From NCBI GenBank assembly GCA_012295275.1, contig CM022672.1, forward strand, positions 18,600,001-18,664,000: a stretch of 64,000 nucleotides of DNA. The letters run 5' to 3'. This DNA is from Chrysomallon squamiferum. Lineage: Eukaryota > Animalia > Mollusca. The notes under the pieces were generated by a model that was not told where the DNA came from, searched no databases, and saw only the letters and a program-made list of their open reading frames with translations. This document shows, piece by piece, positions 26,101 to 40,463 of this stretch. The number at the start of each line of letters is the position of its first letter. Positions within the stretch are counted from its first letter, which is position 1. The position numbers and the translations under genes were made by a program.

Positions 26101-26324
26101 TTCTGCGAAAGGTCTTCATTATTAACATCGTCCAAACTAGCCGGTAGCGTTAGTGGTTCTGTGATGAGAAAACTAGACAGACCTGAAGATAAAACCCACT
26201 GTTTTGCTTTGGACGAAGTTCTTGTTGCTATGGGTTTAAATCCGTATTGACGGTATAATTTTCTGGCAAATCCCAAACCATTTTTCACTCCAAATTCGAC
26301 ATGGTGAACAAAACACGTCTCCAT
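23177..26324 (-). CDS. HPDL: 4-hydroxyphenylpyruvate dioxygenase-like protein
   Basis: 5 exons: 26324-25660, 25192-25038, 24615-24464, 23856-23732, 23345-23177; 421 aa. Iron-ligand motifs IDHVTF, GVQHIAL and FLEIIQR, and HPDL-type C-terminus [19 protein letters not shown]. Confidence 0.92.
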
Positions 26325-26752
26325 TGTTCATGTCACCTTGCATATCACGTTTGATTTTTATGTTTGTTTGTTCTTTTTTGTTTGTGTTCTTAAATTATCT
26401 CCCTTGATACGTTTCCGTTTTGTAACTTTAATCCCAATTGTTGTTATAATAATGTTAATCCTGCAATCCAAAGTACAGTTATCATGGTAAAAGTACGCAG
26501 AAGGCTGTATGTTATATATAGCTGAAGACTCATAGTTTAAAGATGCAATAATAATATACCCAAATAATTTTAAAATAATGTAATAATATGATAAATATCG
26601 CATAATTTAAATGTTTCTGAAGTTACTTCAACAAATAACTGATGACAAAACAGGCTTTATTGAATAGACAAAACATTTTTAGAATTATGAAACTTATGAG
26701 ATATTCAAAATATATGCTAAATCTCTGAACAAAATACCAACATATATATTTA

Positions 26753-26915
26753 AAGAATGTTTAACAACAGCTCAGTACATTTAAATGTTAATGGCTATTA
26801 GACATCAAGCAATATTGGTGTGATGATGTAAGAGAAAACACATTATTGCCATTTAGTTAAAAACCATGGCCTTTGATAAACTAGTTCTGGTGTACTGGCT
26901 GGAACGGGCTATTTG
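26753..26915. mobile_element. Degenerate SINE-like remnant, opposite orientation to the 22.4-kb copy
   Basis: aatgtttaacaacagctcagtacattt...ggctattagacatc...gagaaaac...ccatggcctttgataaactagt...actggctggaacgg. Family recognised from memory only. Confidence 0.45.
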
Positions 26916-28447
26916 TCAAGAATATACATGTTACACTGCACCTTTCAACAGCTTTCTTCACAATAATAATAAACAACACTAAACAGACACCAATATTTTT
27001 ATTTACATAATATGCCAAATTTTAGTTTTGTGACAAATCAGGAGATAAAGTTATTACATACAATTAATTAGCAACATTGCAATACTCCAAAGAATATAAT
27101 GTTTTCATTAACATTCCATAAAAAAGAAACACAGTAAATGATGACATAAAATCTTGAAGATCAAATGTGGAATAAAAATGATTATTATTACATTAAATGA
27201 ATTTTTTTTTTTTTTTTTTTCAACTTCAGATATGAACGAAAATTTTATACATAATCCTTTCAATCAATCTATTATATTTCAACAACAATGGTAATAATGA
27301 AAACATAATTATGATAAAAAGTATATAAATTATAACCAGAAACAATATTCCAACACTTACATACATTAAATTAAGGGAATGCTGAATTTGCTTTTCTTCT
27401 TTCCAGTACAGTAAAAAGTCTGGGTTAGCTATTCAGACAATAATTTTTTTACTATAAAACTTACAGACACCATTTTGTATTTAGATATTCATCACCAAGA
27501 ATCTAAAGCACTTGAATAAAAGATAAAATATTTTAAATGATGTGTTATGGATAATTAAAACTTATTACTAGGATGGGACAGTGATTTTGTAAGAGGGTTA
27601 CTATCTTTGTGGATATACGTAATTTTCGATTTTAAATGAAATACAATGATAAAAAGAAAACATTACAGGTAGTGATTGTCATGTATGCCCAACCAGGATC
27701 CACATTTTATTACTGCTCAGCTTTTGAGAATATCTAGAGCATAGTGATGACAGTATTAACATAACATTAGGTACATTATCTAAGCCAGCCACATCTATAT
27801 ATGACAGAAAATGTCAGCCTCCAAGCTTCCTCAAGACTATTTTATTTTATTTTTAAATGCTTACTTTGTTAGCAAAAACTGATTGACAGAAATTACTATA
27901 TAATTTCTCAAAGAATATACCCATATTTAAACCATTTTTTTCTTTATTTCTTTATAAATCTGACAGATCTTTTTCAAACTGTAGCCATTTATTGTTAGTT
28001 AGTCATGTAAATATTTAAATATTATATTTTATAATATATACAAAATACATCAAACATCAAACATTAAAGAACTTTCAGAAGATATACAAAATCAAACACA
28101 CCAACTGTTCAGTTACATTATAAACAGTTTTAAAATATTTTTAAATGGCAAAAATGTACAGCACAACATCCAACCAGTTTAAAAATGGTAACACTGAAAT
28201 ATGAATATTCTTTTTCTCAAGCTATATGTTCCAATAACACCAGACAATGATCATATGAAGCCTTTCACAAGACAAAAGCAGTGCTCCATTAAATATTGCA
28301 AAAAAAGTAAATAAATAAAAAAAGATAACTATAAAATAACTGTAAGCAATGACAAGCTTATAGTGTAACTGACTTTTGTTTTAAATGACAACTTCATTAA
28401 ATAAAAAATACAAGTACAATAAAGGATTCATTTTTGAAAGAAACATT

Positions 28448-31438
28448 TCAAAAGTATATCTGTTTGGCTTCTGATGGCAGTTGTTCCACAGGGCAGTAAG
28501 GACACTTGACTCTGAAAAAAGATTTCATTTTTTTAAAAAAAAAGTTAAACTAAGATTATTAAATCAGTAATTTTAAATTTAATATGACTTTTCTAAAATA
28601 ATATATGTGTGTATGGGTTCGGGTATTGTAAAAAAAAAAAAAAAAAATGGTTGTATGTTATAAAGGTGAACTTACTTGTTTCCATTGGCAAGTTTGTTGA
28701 GGGCATCACGGGAGATAACGTGACCACAAACCAGTCTCAGTGGTGGATTGCTGTCTGTGCTCTGCTGCCGAAGGATGGGACAGGCAAATGTGGAGTGGTA
28801 TCTGTACTCCATCCCCATGTCTATTTCAACCTGAAATAACAACGGTTATGAAAAATAGTAATTAGTCAGTTAGAAATCGATTATGTATGCTTATTTTGTG
28901 TTGTTTTCAGTTAATCTGAATTCTCCGTGTGAGATATTTTTGTACAGAGTAATATTGCTGGTTGTAGCATACTCACAGGTAATTCGTCTTTGTTGGCCCA
29001 CACACCGGGAACCCGTCTTTCATTCATCACTTGTCGAATACTTAGCAAGGGAGGTAACGCATGACAGCCAGCACGAATACTGAAGCCAGACAACAATATA
29101 TACATAAATACATTAATATATAAATATATATATATTAAAATATTAGTAACATTCAAAGAAAATGGATACCGAGCAATATTTTTCTATTTCTCAATATACT
29201 GTACAAAAAAAATTATGTTCTGTTGAGCAAGGCCACACATTTCATAGCAATCCCTTTTTAATGTGTTTATGTTACTTCAGTATTAATGTAAGAAGTAACT
29301 TATTAAAAAAAAATAATAATTAAAAAAAAATACAGCTTCATATTATAGCACTTATATTACTGCATTTTAAATTTCCCACATCTTTCTGTTATAATTTCAA
29401 AGGTAAAATAATATGGGATGGATAATATAGCTTCCTTACATATAAAATATAACAGGATCTGCTTTCTTAACTGTAATTTCAGTAAAGACAATGCAGTGCA
29501 TGAGGCCTTTATGGCATAATACAATCAATGATGGTGATTTTAAAATGTACAGTAAAAGGTAAAGTTTAAAACATTAAATAAAATAACATACCTAACACTG
29601 AGTGGACTTTCTACTGAAAGCCCCATCAGACTGCAAGCATCTCTTGTGAAAACATCACAGATTTCTTCCCAGTAGATAGGATCAAGCAGTGTGACGTATG
29701 GTGAGTTCTCCAAACCTTGTTTCAGGTACAGAAGACTTCCCATGAGAACCTGCAGTTCTGTAATAAAAACACTCATTTAGAGCTTGTCCGAGATTTAAAA
29801 AAACAATCCATATATATATATATAAATATCAGCTTTAATACTTTGTTATTATTATATCCCTTCCTACTTGGTTTTCTTTAAAAGAAACAGAAATTCACAT
29901 CAAAGGGCTTGTTTTCTTACTCTTATGTGATGTGAAATAGAATGACAGGCACAAAAATCATGTCAACTGGTTATTCGGTAGAACCAAAATTAGGTTGTTT
30001 AGTAACCATAAACAAGAAGATTTGTTTCTATAACTTAATATTCTGATTGCCCAAACATTTCAAAACTGATTACTTAATACTGATGTAAAAAAGTAATTTG
30101 ATGACTAGCCAACCCATAAAAATGACCAAATCAGCAGAATTCCACACTGAGAATAGTTTACTTAACACATAAAACTTTACTGAATGAGAGGCTGTTTCTT
30201 GATAAACTACAAAACTGGATGATGCAGCTGTAGCACTTTCAAAAGTTTGATAAAAATAAGACAATGTATGGGAGACCATAACTCCCGACATCAGAGATGC
30301 AACTGAGCAGACGATTAACTCACTTAAAAACAACTCATCAAATGAAATATATTCTAGCTATGTGAATTACCTCAAACACATGTCTGAGCATCATTAAGTC
30401 ATCAATGCATCAAGTGAAAGAATATATTCTAGATATCTGAATTACAAAACCACATTTACCTCTTACGTGCTGGTTTGCAAAAGGAGCAAAATTTCTGGTA
30501 TAGAGCAGAGCCTCGATTTGGTTCTGTGGTCCATGTCTGATTAGATCAACAAAGTAGAGACGATGTAGTTTGAACTCTAGAGAGCTGTTCTGCTCTATCA
30601 ATTTCTGTCGATTGGCTTCAGCCCATCTGTAGACAGAAAAGATAAAAAGCTCTAGGTAAATAAATAACATTTTAATTATTTTGAACAAAAAAAGAAATGA
30701 AAAATTCATTACTTAATAAGTATCAGAAAAAAAAATGAAGAAGAAAGCTCTAGAATGGTCAATAAATAAAATATGTAAATATATCAAAACTTTCTCATTT
30801 ATGGAAGGCACAAATTAATGCTAAAACAAAAACAAAACTTTTAATATCTATTTCATAACTTCTAGTTTAGCATGGAAGAGTAATTATGAATACTTACTCC
30901 AAAGCAGGTTTCAAATCCTGTGCTTTCAAGGCTTCAAGAATCCTGTGTAGTTCTAGAAATGGTTCTTTCTTAGCATCATCCAGATGGAGCATTGCATCCT
31001 GAACAACCAAATGCACAAAAGCATTAATTTAGTTGGTTTTATTTTGCTGTTATTTAATTTTCATTAATTTCCAGTCATACTGAACTTTCTACATATGTAC
31101 TGTAACAACCAAGTAAATAGTTTATCCTGGAATAATGTTGGCCCTCTGCTTAGGGCTTTCTTATTTTAACAGTTTATTTATTTTAGCACACCTGCAAATT
31201 TTCAGTTCTTGTGTAAAGGGTGTCAGAAATGTAACAATTTTACAAATGATGCAAAACTTTTATCTTAACCATTAAACAATGAAAATAAAAATTAAACTTT
31301 TTCATCCACAATGCATGTATGAAATTTCTGTACAACAAAATATTGTATTTGAAATTATTATATTGTCATTTAATTCTAATTGAACCATTTTGTGAAATAT
31401 TTCACAAAAACTCATATTAAATTTCAGTATATTATAGT

Positions 31439-31492
<54 letters not shown>

Positions 31493-33723
31493 TTGTTTGT
31501 GTTTTCAAATGTACCTCATTTAGTGCCTCTGCAACATCAAGCATTCCCTGTCTGAGGAAATGTTCAGCAATTACTTCATTAAGAAGTTTTATTTTTGCTT
31601 CTCCATCAAAAGCTCCTTCAGTTGTTATTACAGAGAAATCAGATACAAAATTCTGAAATGATAACAACAATAATTACAACAAGACTGGAATGTTTTAACA
31701 GTTACTACATCATGTCTATGAGCTCACATATTAATATTTCCTAAGACACAAGAAATAAGAAACTTTTAACACTGAACTTGCATAATATATTTATTAATAC
31801 TTTAAAACAAAATAGCAAACCATTTCAAGTAGTTCATGGCTTCTCCCTTCTGATTTAAGGAAGACTAAGTTAAGGAAGGAAAAAAAATTCAAAACAAAAG
31901 TAAAATCAACAAAAACAATATAAACATTTAATTTAAGAGTAGTATTGAATATATATAAATTTAAATGAAATTATTTAAATAATATAATCAGTTTAATGAG
32001 GTGGAACATAACAATAAATATTCAAATTTAAACTTTATTCAAAAAAAAATTATTACATAAATTGGTACTTTTGTAAGAAAACAGTTTTGTTTTTAAAAGG
32101 TGACATGGTTTGTACCTGGGACACAATGAGAGTTCAACATTTGGCATAGGCAAGGTAATTTTGCATATTTGTGCAACATTGATTAATTCATGTTATATAC
32201 ACCATGTAATAAAAATGATTTTACTGATATTTGCAAGGATTGTTTCCTGAGTCAATACAGACTGGTTTAACAGAGACAAGTTTTTTTTCTTTTTTCTTTA
32301 TTAGTTTAATTTTATTTTTATAATGTTATTTGTTTTGTTGTTATTTACTTTTTCTTCTGTTGTATTCGGTTGTTGTTTTGGAGGGGGTTTTGTAGTTGTG
32401 CGTTTTTTGTTTGTTTTGTTTTGTTGTTGTTGTTGTTATTACTGGTTTTTTGCAGGGTCAAAGTGAATGGTGTGTTTCATTTTTTTTTTTTTTGTCCTGT
32501 AACATTATTAATAATATTACTTGGTTTTAGTAAATCTTACCCTGTCCACTGCTTTTCCAACCTTAGACACTGATCCATGCAGGTCTTTGTGTTCAGTGCT
32601 AATTCTTGACACTGCTTCTCGGATTCTTTTCACACTCTGCGACAGAATCAGGGCTTGAGTTGCTGTCAGCTCTTGGTCATCTGGAACTAAAACAAACAAA
32701 ACACATATTGTTAAAAAAAAATGTAAAAGAAAAAAAAAAAAAAATTCTTAATTTTATGATTAGTGAATTTTGAAAATGTCAGATCCTAAGGCTGACACTA
32801 ACAAGAGAAAAGAACCATTTACTCTTTTACTGTTGCTACACTTCTTAATCTGTTTGTTTATCATTTACCTTTAAAATTTGCAATACACAACCAATCAACT
32901 GAAAGCCAAGAAGTCAGTGCTATTTTTTTTTTTTTTTTAACTTCTACACCCACTTTCTTCAAAAATAAATAAATTTTCATGATATTGTTGGCTGACTTGC
33001 CATAGTTTGTTTGTTGTTGTTTTGTTTCTGTTTTGTTTGGTTTTACCACAGACTATGAAACTGTATTGGAGTGGTGAGTCTGACAATCCTCCTTTGTATA
33101 TAATACAAAGCACTGCATCAAGAAAAATCATTCCTCATCCTTATGGTATATCACTAATTGGATGTGTTATCTCACCCCGCAGTAGCCAACAAAACATGTT
33201 TCTCTTAGTATTTAATGAAGTAAATTAATCATATCTTTGAAATTTTTGACCTCACTTCTGAAAATGCCAATTTATATCTGAGAATTATGGTTTTGGTTTA
33301 GCCAAGAAGTAAAATACAGAAATAATTTATTTTTATTTTATTGAAATAGACACGACAAGCCTGGATTAATAAATATAGACAGTGAAACTAATTTTTTATT
33401 TATTTATTTTATTTTATTTTATTTTATTTTTTTAAATGTAATTTAAGCAGACACAAAGACAGAAAGAGGGGAGTTTAAATATTTCTTATCATCCGGATAT
33501 TTCCGGAAACGACCGTAAAAAAACAAAAACAAAAGGCGATCGTTCCTCGATTGATTTTGTTTTCATAAATAAAATAAACATATATACCTTCTGAAAGTTC
33601 ATTCCGGATACTTTGAATAGAATTAATAAGTTCAGTAATTGTTTTATTAGTGTGCTCTTGAAGAGACGAAAATTTCGATAGTACTTTGTCTATTTCACGT
33701 TCAACAGCTGTACAACAATCCAT
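28448..33723 (-). CDS. RMND5A: RMND5 (GID2) RING E3 ligase subunit of the CTLH/GID complex
   Basis: 9 exons: 33723-33588, 32686-32541, 31652-31515, 30998-30898, 30626-30460, 29757-29592, 29079-28977, 28830-28676, 28511-28448; 391 aa. [76 protein letters not shown]. Probably co-orthologous to RMND5A and RMND5B. Confidence 0.95.
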
Positions 33724-33767
33724 CTTCGTTAGCTAACCTTCACCTTTCCAGTAATTTCTATAATAAA

Positions 33768-33775
33768 CCGGAAGT
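33768..33775. promoter_or_regulatory. ETS site CCGGAAGT in the RMND5 promoter
   Basis: Exact motif 45 nt upstream of ATG 33723. CCAAT/ATTGG boxes lie further up at about 34261 and 34311. Confidence 0.55.
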
Positions 33776-36137
33776 GGTTTCTCGAAACCTGATCTAAGTT
33801 ACTTCTGACGAAAATAATTATCTTTTTCATTATTTATTTATTTGTTTATGCACAATACAATATGATTTAAATTTTTATTTATTTATTTATTTTCAGATGA
33901 TTTTGTTTATTAAATTAGAAATGACAACAAAAGTGCAAAATTAAACCAATTACATTAAAGTTTCTTACATTATTAATACTAGCTTAAAAGTTGCAGTGTA
34001 TTAATTGATGTCAATTATTTTCTTTTTAGTCCGATTGTTTTTTGGGGGTGTTTGTTGTTGTTGTTATTGTTGTTTTATTTATTTTGAATAATTAATAATA
34101 ATAATTAAATTATTTAACTTTAACAACGCATAAATAATGTTAAAATAAATAAATAAAAAAAAAGATTAAATAAAAACGAAACGCACTAAAACTAGCATAT
34201 GAATAAAGAGGTGCATAAAATATTGTATTATTCACGCAGGGTCTATGGAACGCAGATAGACCAATCATTTTCTCTATATTTATAAGCAGTTCTTCTACAC
34301 AGAATCGGTGATTGGCTAATAAAATCCAGAATTTTTTTTTATTATTATTATTATTATTTTTTTTTTTATATGTGATTTTGTTGTTGTTGTTGTTCTTCTT
34401 CTTCTTCTTGTTTTTTGTAGTGTGGGGGTCAAGATGATTTTTTATTTTATTTAATTTAATTTATTATTTATTTATTTGCTAAGTAAAAGGGAGAGAAAAA
34501 CTGCTTTTTAAAGTGTTTCACTGGTAATTTCACAATTCTGATGTTTCAGCACAGGGAACATATTCTGTTAATATCTCACGATATATAGGAATAACTAGAA
34601 TTATAGGTAATAATAATAATAATAATAATAATAATGATAATAATAATAATTTAAAATGCCACTAATTAAATGACGGAATGAATAAATGAATGAGTGAATT
34701 AAGTTTGTGCCTTTTAATGCATGACAGCGCTCTGTTCAAATTAAAAATTAGAAATTTAAAATTACAATTTAGATTCCTTGAGACATCAACGATTTGTACA
34801 TGCATAAAAATGAAAACAGTTTCTGCGTTTATAGAAGCAGGAATAGGACGTGTAGTTTCCCAAACATTTTGCATTACGCCTATGATTCTAAAATTATGAA
34901 CACTGGTTTAAAAATTACGGATTATTGATTATCGTTAATACTACATGATGACATCATATTTTATTTTTTGGTTTGAATATAATTTATAAATATTTATTGT
35001 CCTGAAAATATCTCTTACGAAAGTGCCAAACCTGTGTCGTAGTTTCCTTATCAAATTAATAAATGGTACCAATTAACAAAGATGGTCACTTCAGTTAGAA
35101 ATGTAAATATTTTAAAAATATGTTTTAATTCATTATAGAGCATGATAAAGAGATAGACACAAAGACAGATACGAGCTATTATACAATGCGTTTTATTTCA
35201 CATTCATTTATTTGGATTTCATTTCTCCGGAAGAAACTGGGTTTCAGACGAAAAAGGGGAAAGGTCAACTTCACTGCATAGTTGTAAGCTTATTATTATC
35301 AGTTGCTGGTGTTCATTATTGTTGTCCTTTGTTGCTGTAATTGCTATTACCGTTGTTATCACTAGCACTGCATTGTCATTAGTTATAAAAAATATTTGGT
35401 ATATTCCAAATTAGGCTATAATAACTATGTTTGCAGTTATTTTCGTATTAGTTTGATTTTAATTTTAGAAATCATTATAGCAATTCGATTTAATATACAT
35501 TATGGTTAGAATTTTTAAAAAAAAAAAAAAAAAAGAATGCTAACATATTAAATAGTATTCGTTATTTAAACTCAGTCTTCCAACACAGTCTTCTAAGAAA
35601 AATGTACGGAAATAAAGATAAGCCAGATGAATCGACTTCTTTATTTTAAAATATGTCTTGAAATACACTGATCCTTTTTTGTCTTAATTTTTTTTCTCTT
35701 ACGTAATACAGGAAACTATTATTCAGTGTAACTCAAAAGAAACTAAATAAATATATGCATTACCTTTTTTTTTTTTTTCAAAATATATTTAACTCAAACC
35801 TATTCGATGTTAAGTGTTTACGGGAGAAAAGTCGGCGAAAGATAAACAAAGCATTTCTTTCTTTCTTTTATTTATTTATATACTTTTTTATTTTTTATTT
35901 TTATTTTTTTTTTTTTTTTATAATGGCGATGTGTCACGTTTTGTTTCTACAACTAAATGTAAAACTTGACGTCGTAAAATATGAGCTGTTCGGTGCAAAT
36001 GGTTCAACACCCTCTTCTTCAGTTTTGTGCTTCAGATTCTCTGTTCAAGTTATAAAAGGTGAATGGAACAAAATTAATCAAGTTAATTGCTAAGGTTTTG
36101 TCAGACGTAGCCGAATTAGATCTTCATCTTATTTTTT

Positions 36138-36183
<46 letters not shown>

Positions 36184-37625
36184 CACACACACACACACAC
36201 ACATACATATACACAAAAACATACACAATTAGTAACAATATAATAAAATAAATCATCGTGTTTATTCTTATTTTTAAAATAACGCGTACTTCATATCCTA
36301 AAAGATAATAATATGCACGTCCTACAGATAAACATCTGAGATAAAAAAAAAAAATATATATATATATATATATATGTGCAATTTAATCTGAAAATGCATT
36401 TAATTGGAAAATATCAACAAAGATGTTTTACAGTTTAGCTTGCGCGCGATAAAAAGTAATGAGCTTCCAGCGGTAACATTCAGACTTAATGACGTGCAAC
36501 TTCCAATAGCACAACTTTTGAAGACGTGCAAGACATCTGATATTTCAGAATTTAGGTGATATGATTCTCCTGTGTATTTATAAACCTGAACAAAACGAAA
36601 GACTAACTACACCTTTTAAAAGTAAAAAATATACAATTTTCTAAATAACAATATTTATTTATTATTTAGTTACGAATTTTTTATATTATATTTATTAACG
36701 ATTTTGTTATTTTGTTTTATTACTGTATTAGTTTAAAGTAAAATTATGCTTAAAATTACTTTCTAACTGACAATCATAACAATTAACCAGTCAGGCGATT
36801 AATTATACAGCCATCGACTTGCGACTTACGTGACTTACGACTGTTCGAATTTACGACAGTACTACTGACAGTGGTGCCGTGGTTAAAATTAGGTTCATGG
36901 TTTTCTGTCTAAACTGGTGCAAGATGCTTTTCAGTTTTCGACCCTTATCGTAGGATTTACGAGGAACGGAAGAAAAGAAATAGCACAAGGCTCTATATGT
37001 TTGTAAAGAAAATTACTCCTCTGGAAATCCTAGGCAGCGACAATTTTGGTCCACATCCTAGCAGCATAAATGATCAATAAATACACAAAATCATGATGAT
37101 GATGATGATGATAATAAATAATTAAATAAATAAATAAAAATAAATAAATAAATAAATAAAAATATATATATATAACGTAACAGATGATTAAGATCTTTTT
37201 GATTATTTTTTCAATTCTGAGGATTTTTAAAATTAATTAATTATTATTATTATTATTATTATTATGTTGTTGTTGTTGTTGCTGCTGTTATTGTATTTTA
37301 AAAATAATAAAAATAAAAGTAGCAAATTCTTCTATATTCAGTTTAATAAATCACGTAATAAAAGAATTAATGCCCAATCCCTTTTCCGTTTCTTAATCTG
37401 TTTGCACTCGAATTCTGGAAGCCAAAGTGAATCATTCATTACAAAGTATTAGATGTACTTGGTTACATTCTAAATACTTTTGGTGAATACCACATCAGTC
37501 AAAAGTGGGCATCTGTTCACCAAATTATCCCTAAACATGTTTAACCCATAGACACCAGTAATTGATTTTAGGGTAAAACATATCAAAGAGAAGTTGACAG
37601 TCATTCTATTATTAAATGTTTACTT

Positions 37626-37644
37626 TAAAATTATAATAGCTAAA

Positions 37645-37726
<82 letters not shown>
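37626..37726. repeat. (CT)n microsatellite, representative of many in the window
   Basis: About 100 nt of CT. Others include (AAT)n near 40390-40460 and 50450-50520, (GT)n 41155-41203 and (AG)n 49436-49488. Confidence 0.95.
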
Positions 37727-37729
<3 letters not shown>

Positions 37730-37889
37730 ATATAATTTTGTGTTGTCATAAAAGTTGCGAATTAAATCAACACAAATATTCCTCATACGCTGTAAAATAT
37801 ACGTCTTATTAATTTATTTATTACTGTTACTTATTATATATAAAACCGTTATAACTGTATGTTTGTGTGTAGATGTCCCATCTGTCTAC

Positions 37890-37924
<35 letters not shown>

Positions 37925-38110
37925 CCTCTGAAAGCTTACAAAGATAGAATATCAATATATATATACATTACGTTCTTGTAAATCACTAAATGATAACAAA
38001 TCCGTATTTACATTATATATCTTCTTTGTAATCACAGACGTTAATATATATCATCAAAAAAGAAAATATATACACCTTCGATATTAAAAAATAGCAAGTT
38101 TCTTATGTCA

Positions 38111-38848
38111 TCATTCTATACCATTATCCACCTGAATTGAAACAAGTTTTTTCCTGATAAAAGTGTGCTCCATATGTACATTTTGTTTAGACGTTTGTAA
38201 AACACTTTCACACTGTGAATCAACAGGTGTTGTAAAATCATCACCTGTCGTGTCAATATCTCCGTCCGAACTGGACCCACTTGTGTTAGAGGGTGCACAC
38301 CTCTCCCCTTTCTCATTCCAGACCGTCTCCTCTGGTATTTCCAAGTCCACCCCTTCTCCCTTACCCTGAGTGTATCCGATTTCATCCAGAGGCTCACAGG
38401 CTGATATGCTTGCTAACCAGTTCTGACACCTTCGGGTGTTTTCCTCCAGATATACCCGATCGTCGCATCCGGACGTCCGATTTCGCAAACCAAATTCTTT
38501 CGGTTTGGTCTGCGCCAGACTGACGGTCAACATTCCTTCGGGAAGATCAGAAATTGTATGTTCACTTCGTGTTCTGTGAATTTTAGCCCTGACACGTTTC
38601 ACCTGTTTTATGAGTTTAGCGGATCCTCCTGAGTGGGGAATGCCACTCTTTCCTTCAGTATTGTCATGGATACCCGACTTACCGCCGTGAGTTCGAGTAT
38701 TTTCAACGGGCTCGGCAGTCTGTTGTTCTTTCACCTGTTGACTTTTCTGATGTTGGTCCACAAAATCAGTCCAGCACGGCTTCTTGGGTGGTTTCAGAAT
38801 ACTGACAGCTCCAGCCATAGAATTACTTTTTGTGGGGCTCCTTTGCAT
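38111..38848 (-). CDS. Uncharacterised, largely disordered 245-aa protein encoded by one coding exon
   Basis: Uninterrupted GC-richer ORF in an AT-rich background. First ATG at 38848 (the track's 38860 start is GTG). Candidate motifs ILKPPKKPCWTDF and YLEENTRRCQNWLASI. Confidence 0.75.
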   Translation of the reverse strand: MQRSPTKSNSMAGAVSILKPPKKPCWTDFVDQHQKSQQVKEQQTAEPVENTRTHGGKSGIHDNTEGKSGIPHSGGSAKLIKQVKRVRAKIHRTRSEHTISDLPEGMLTVSLAQTKPKEFGLRNRTSGCDDRVYLEENTRRCQNWLASISACEPLDEIGYTQGKGEGVDLEIPEETVWNEKGERCAPSNTSGSSSDGDIDTTGDDFTTPVDSQCESVLQTSKQNVHMEHTFIRKKLVSIQVDNGIE

Positions 38849-39480
38849 TCTAGCCTCCACAGATGTCCAAACGGAAGAATAAACGTCTACACCCAGAACA
38901 CAAGGAAGACATTAGGATGAAACGTATTATCTTCAGATTTCGTGAAATTCGGAACTTTTTGTAGAACCGTTCTTTCTAAATTTAGAACGATTGTTTACGT
39001 GAAACATACATTTCTTTAAAACAGAAACAAAAGAAGAATTAAATAATTAAGAAACAATAATAATAAAAAATAAATAAATAATAATAATAGTTAGTTCTGA
39101 GACATTTACGCCACTTATGGCTTATAACTGAATCAGTTCCTGTGCGCCTTATCAGAATCTTGTATTATCTGACACTCCATACATCCACAAAATAATCGAC
39201 GCCTTTATCCCTAAATATAATTCCTGCGAATGACGTCTGCTCGCAGCCATGCTTTTGTTCTCGCGCTTTCAATAGTTCGTCTGTTCCGGGATAAGCAGAC
39301 GTGTTTGGGGTCACAGCCTCCACTGCAGGAACCCTGCACCTCGATAATGACAATTGGTTTCAATTACGGCCGTCTCGGATACACCCGTTCTGTGTCTTCG
39401 CATCGGTTTTTCTCTCGACCCCGTTCCACGAGCAACCTGCTGTACAAAATCAGACGCTGCTTTCAGATAGTTGTTGAAAG

Positions 39481-40245
39481 CCTGTAAACAAGATGGCGAA
39501 AATATTTTGGCATGTCATCAATAATAAAGAATAAACTGTGAGAAAACTTTCCTTTTGTTGCAGATCTTATGGTGTATTTATATACATTTTCAGCAATCAG
39601 ACCATTACCATAAACGATAAAAATTTTAAACTGAAAACTAGACTAAAATAAATATCACAAAACAATAGGAAAAGAACAATTGAAACTTTGGAATTAAGTA
39701 TATAATTCTGTTTCTGAATTTAAGGTGAATTAGGTGTTTTAGTTGATAAAGCATTTCTTTACAGAAAACCAATAGAAACTGAGTTAATTTAGGAAAAAAA
39801 CTAAATTCTTCAGAACAATAACGATAATAAACTATTTAGATCTTACCTAAACCTGACGAACTGAACCAAGTTCCAGCAATGGTGGTAGTTTTCCGACATT
39901 ATTGGGCGAATTAATTCTTCTTAAATAGTCCCGACAATCAAGAAATAGGTCAAAAATAATTTTGCTCTCTCTCGGTCGAGTGATGAGAAAGAGGGCTGTT
40001 TGATAGTAATCCTCCGTTTTCTTAGCACTGGTGTCGGCTCAGATGCCAGTTTGTGAAACACAGCCTGAGAAGAACTGGCGCACCACCAGAGCCACGGGAG
40101 AACCGAGTAACCGACTGTGTTAGCTCTGTGAATGAAACGCAGAGGTAAAGCATACTGAAAGAGTGTTTTTCTTTTAACTACCAAGCTGCATTAACAGACT
40201 GTGTAATCGTGTATGATGCAGACTGCTGTGTAGAGATTTATATAG
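39481..40245 (-). promoter_or_regulatory. TATA promoter and spliced 5' leader of the orphan gene
   Basis: Minus-strand TATATAAA near 40237-40244, donor TAG|GTAAGA at 39847/39846, and acceptor cttgtttacag|G at 39482/39481. Confidence 0.55.
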
Positions 40246-40387
40246 TCTGGAGAAACTATTTGGATAACTCGAACGCACACTGTCTAACAAGCTAATTTCA
40301 GAATTGGATGATACTAGATTCGTTTGCCATTGTTAACTTTCCATCGGAGCGAAGTAGACAAAATAAAAACAATTATATTTTTAACTT

Positions 40388-40463
<76 letters not shown>

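Noticed and set aside
38849-38860. Track start MEAR for the 249-aa ORF
   Set aside because: The codon is GTG; the first ATG is at 38848.
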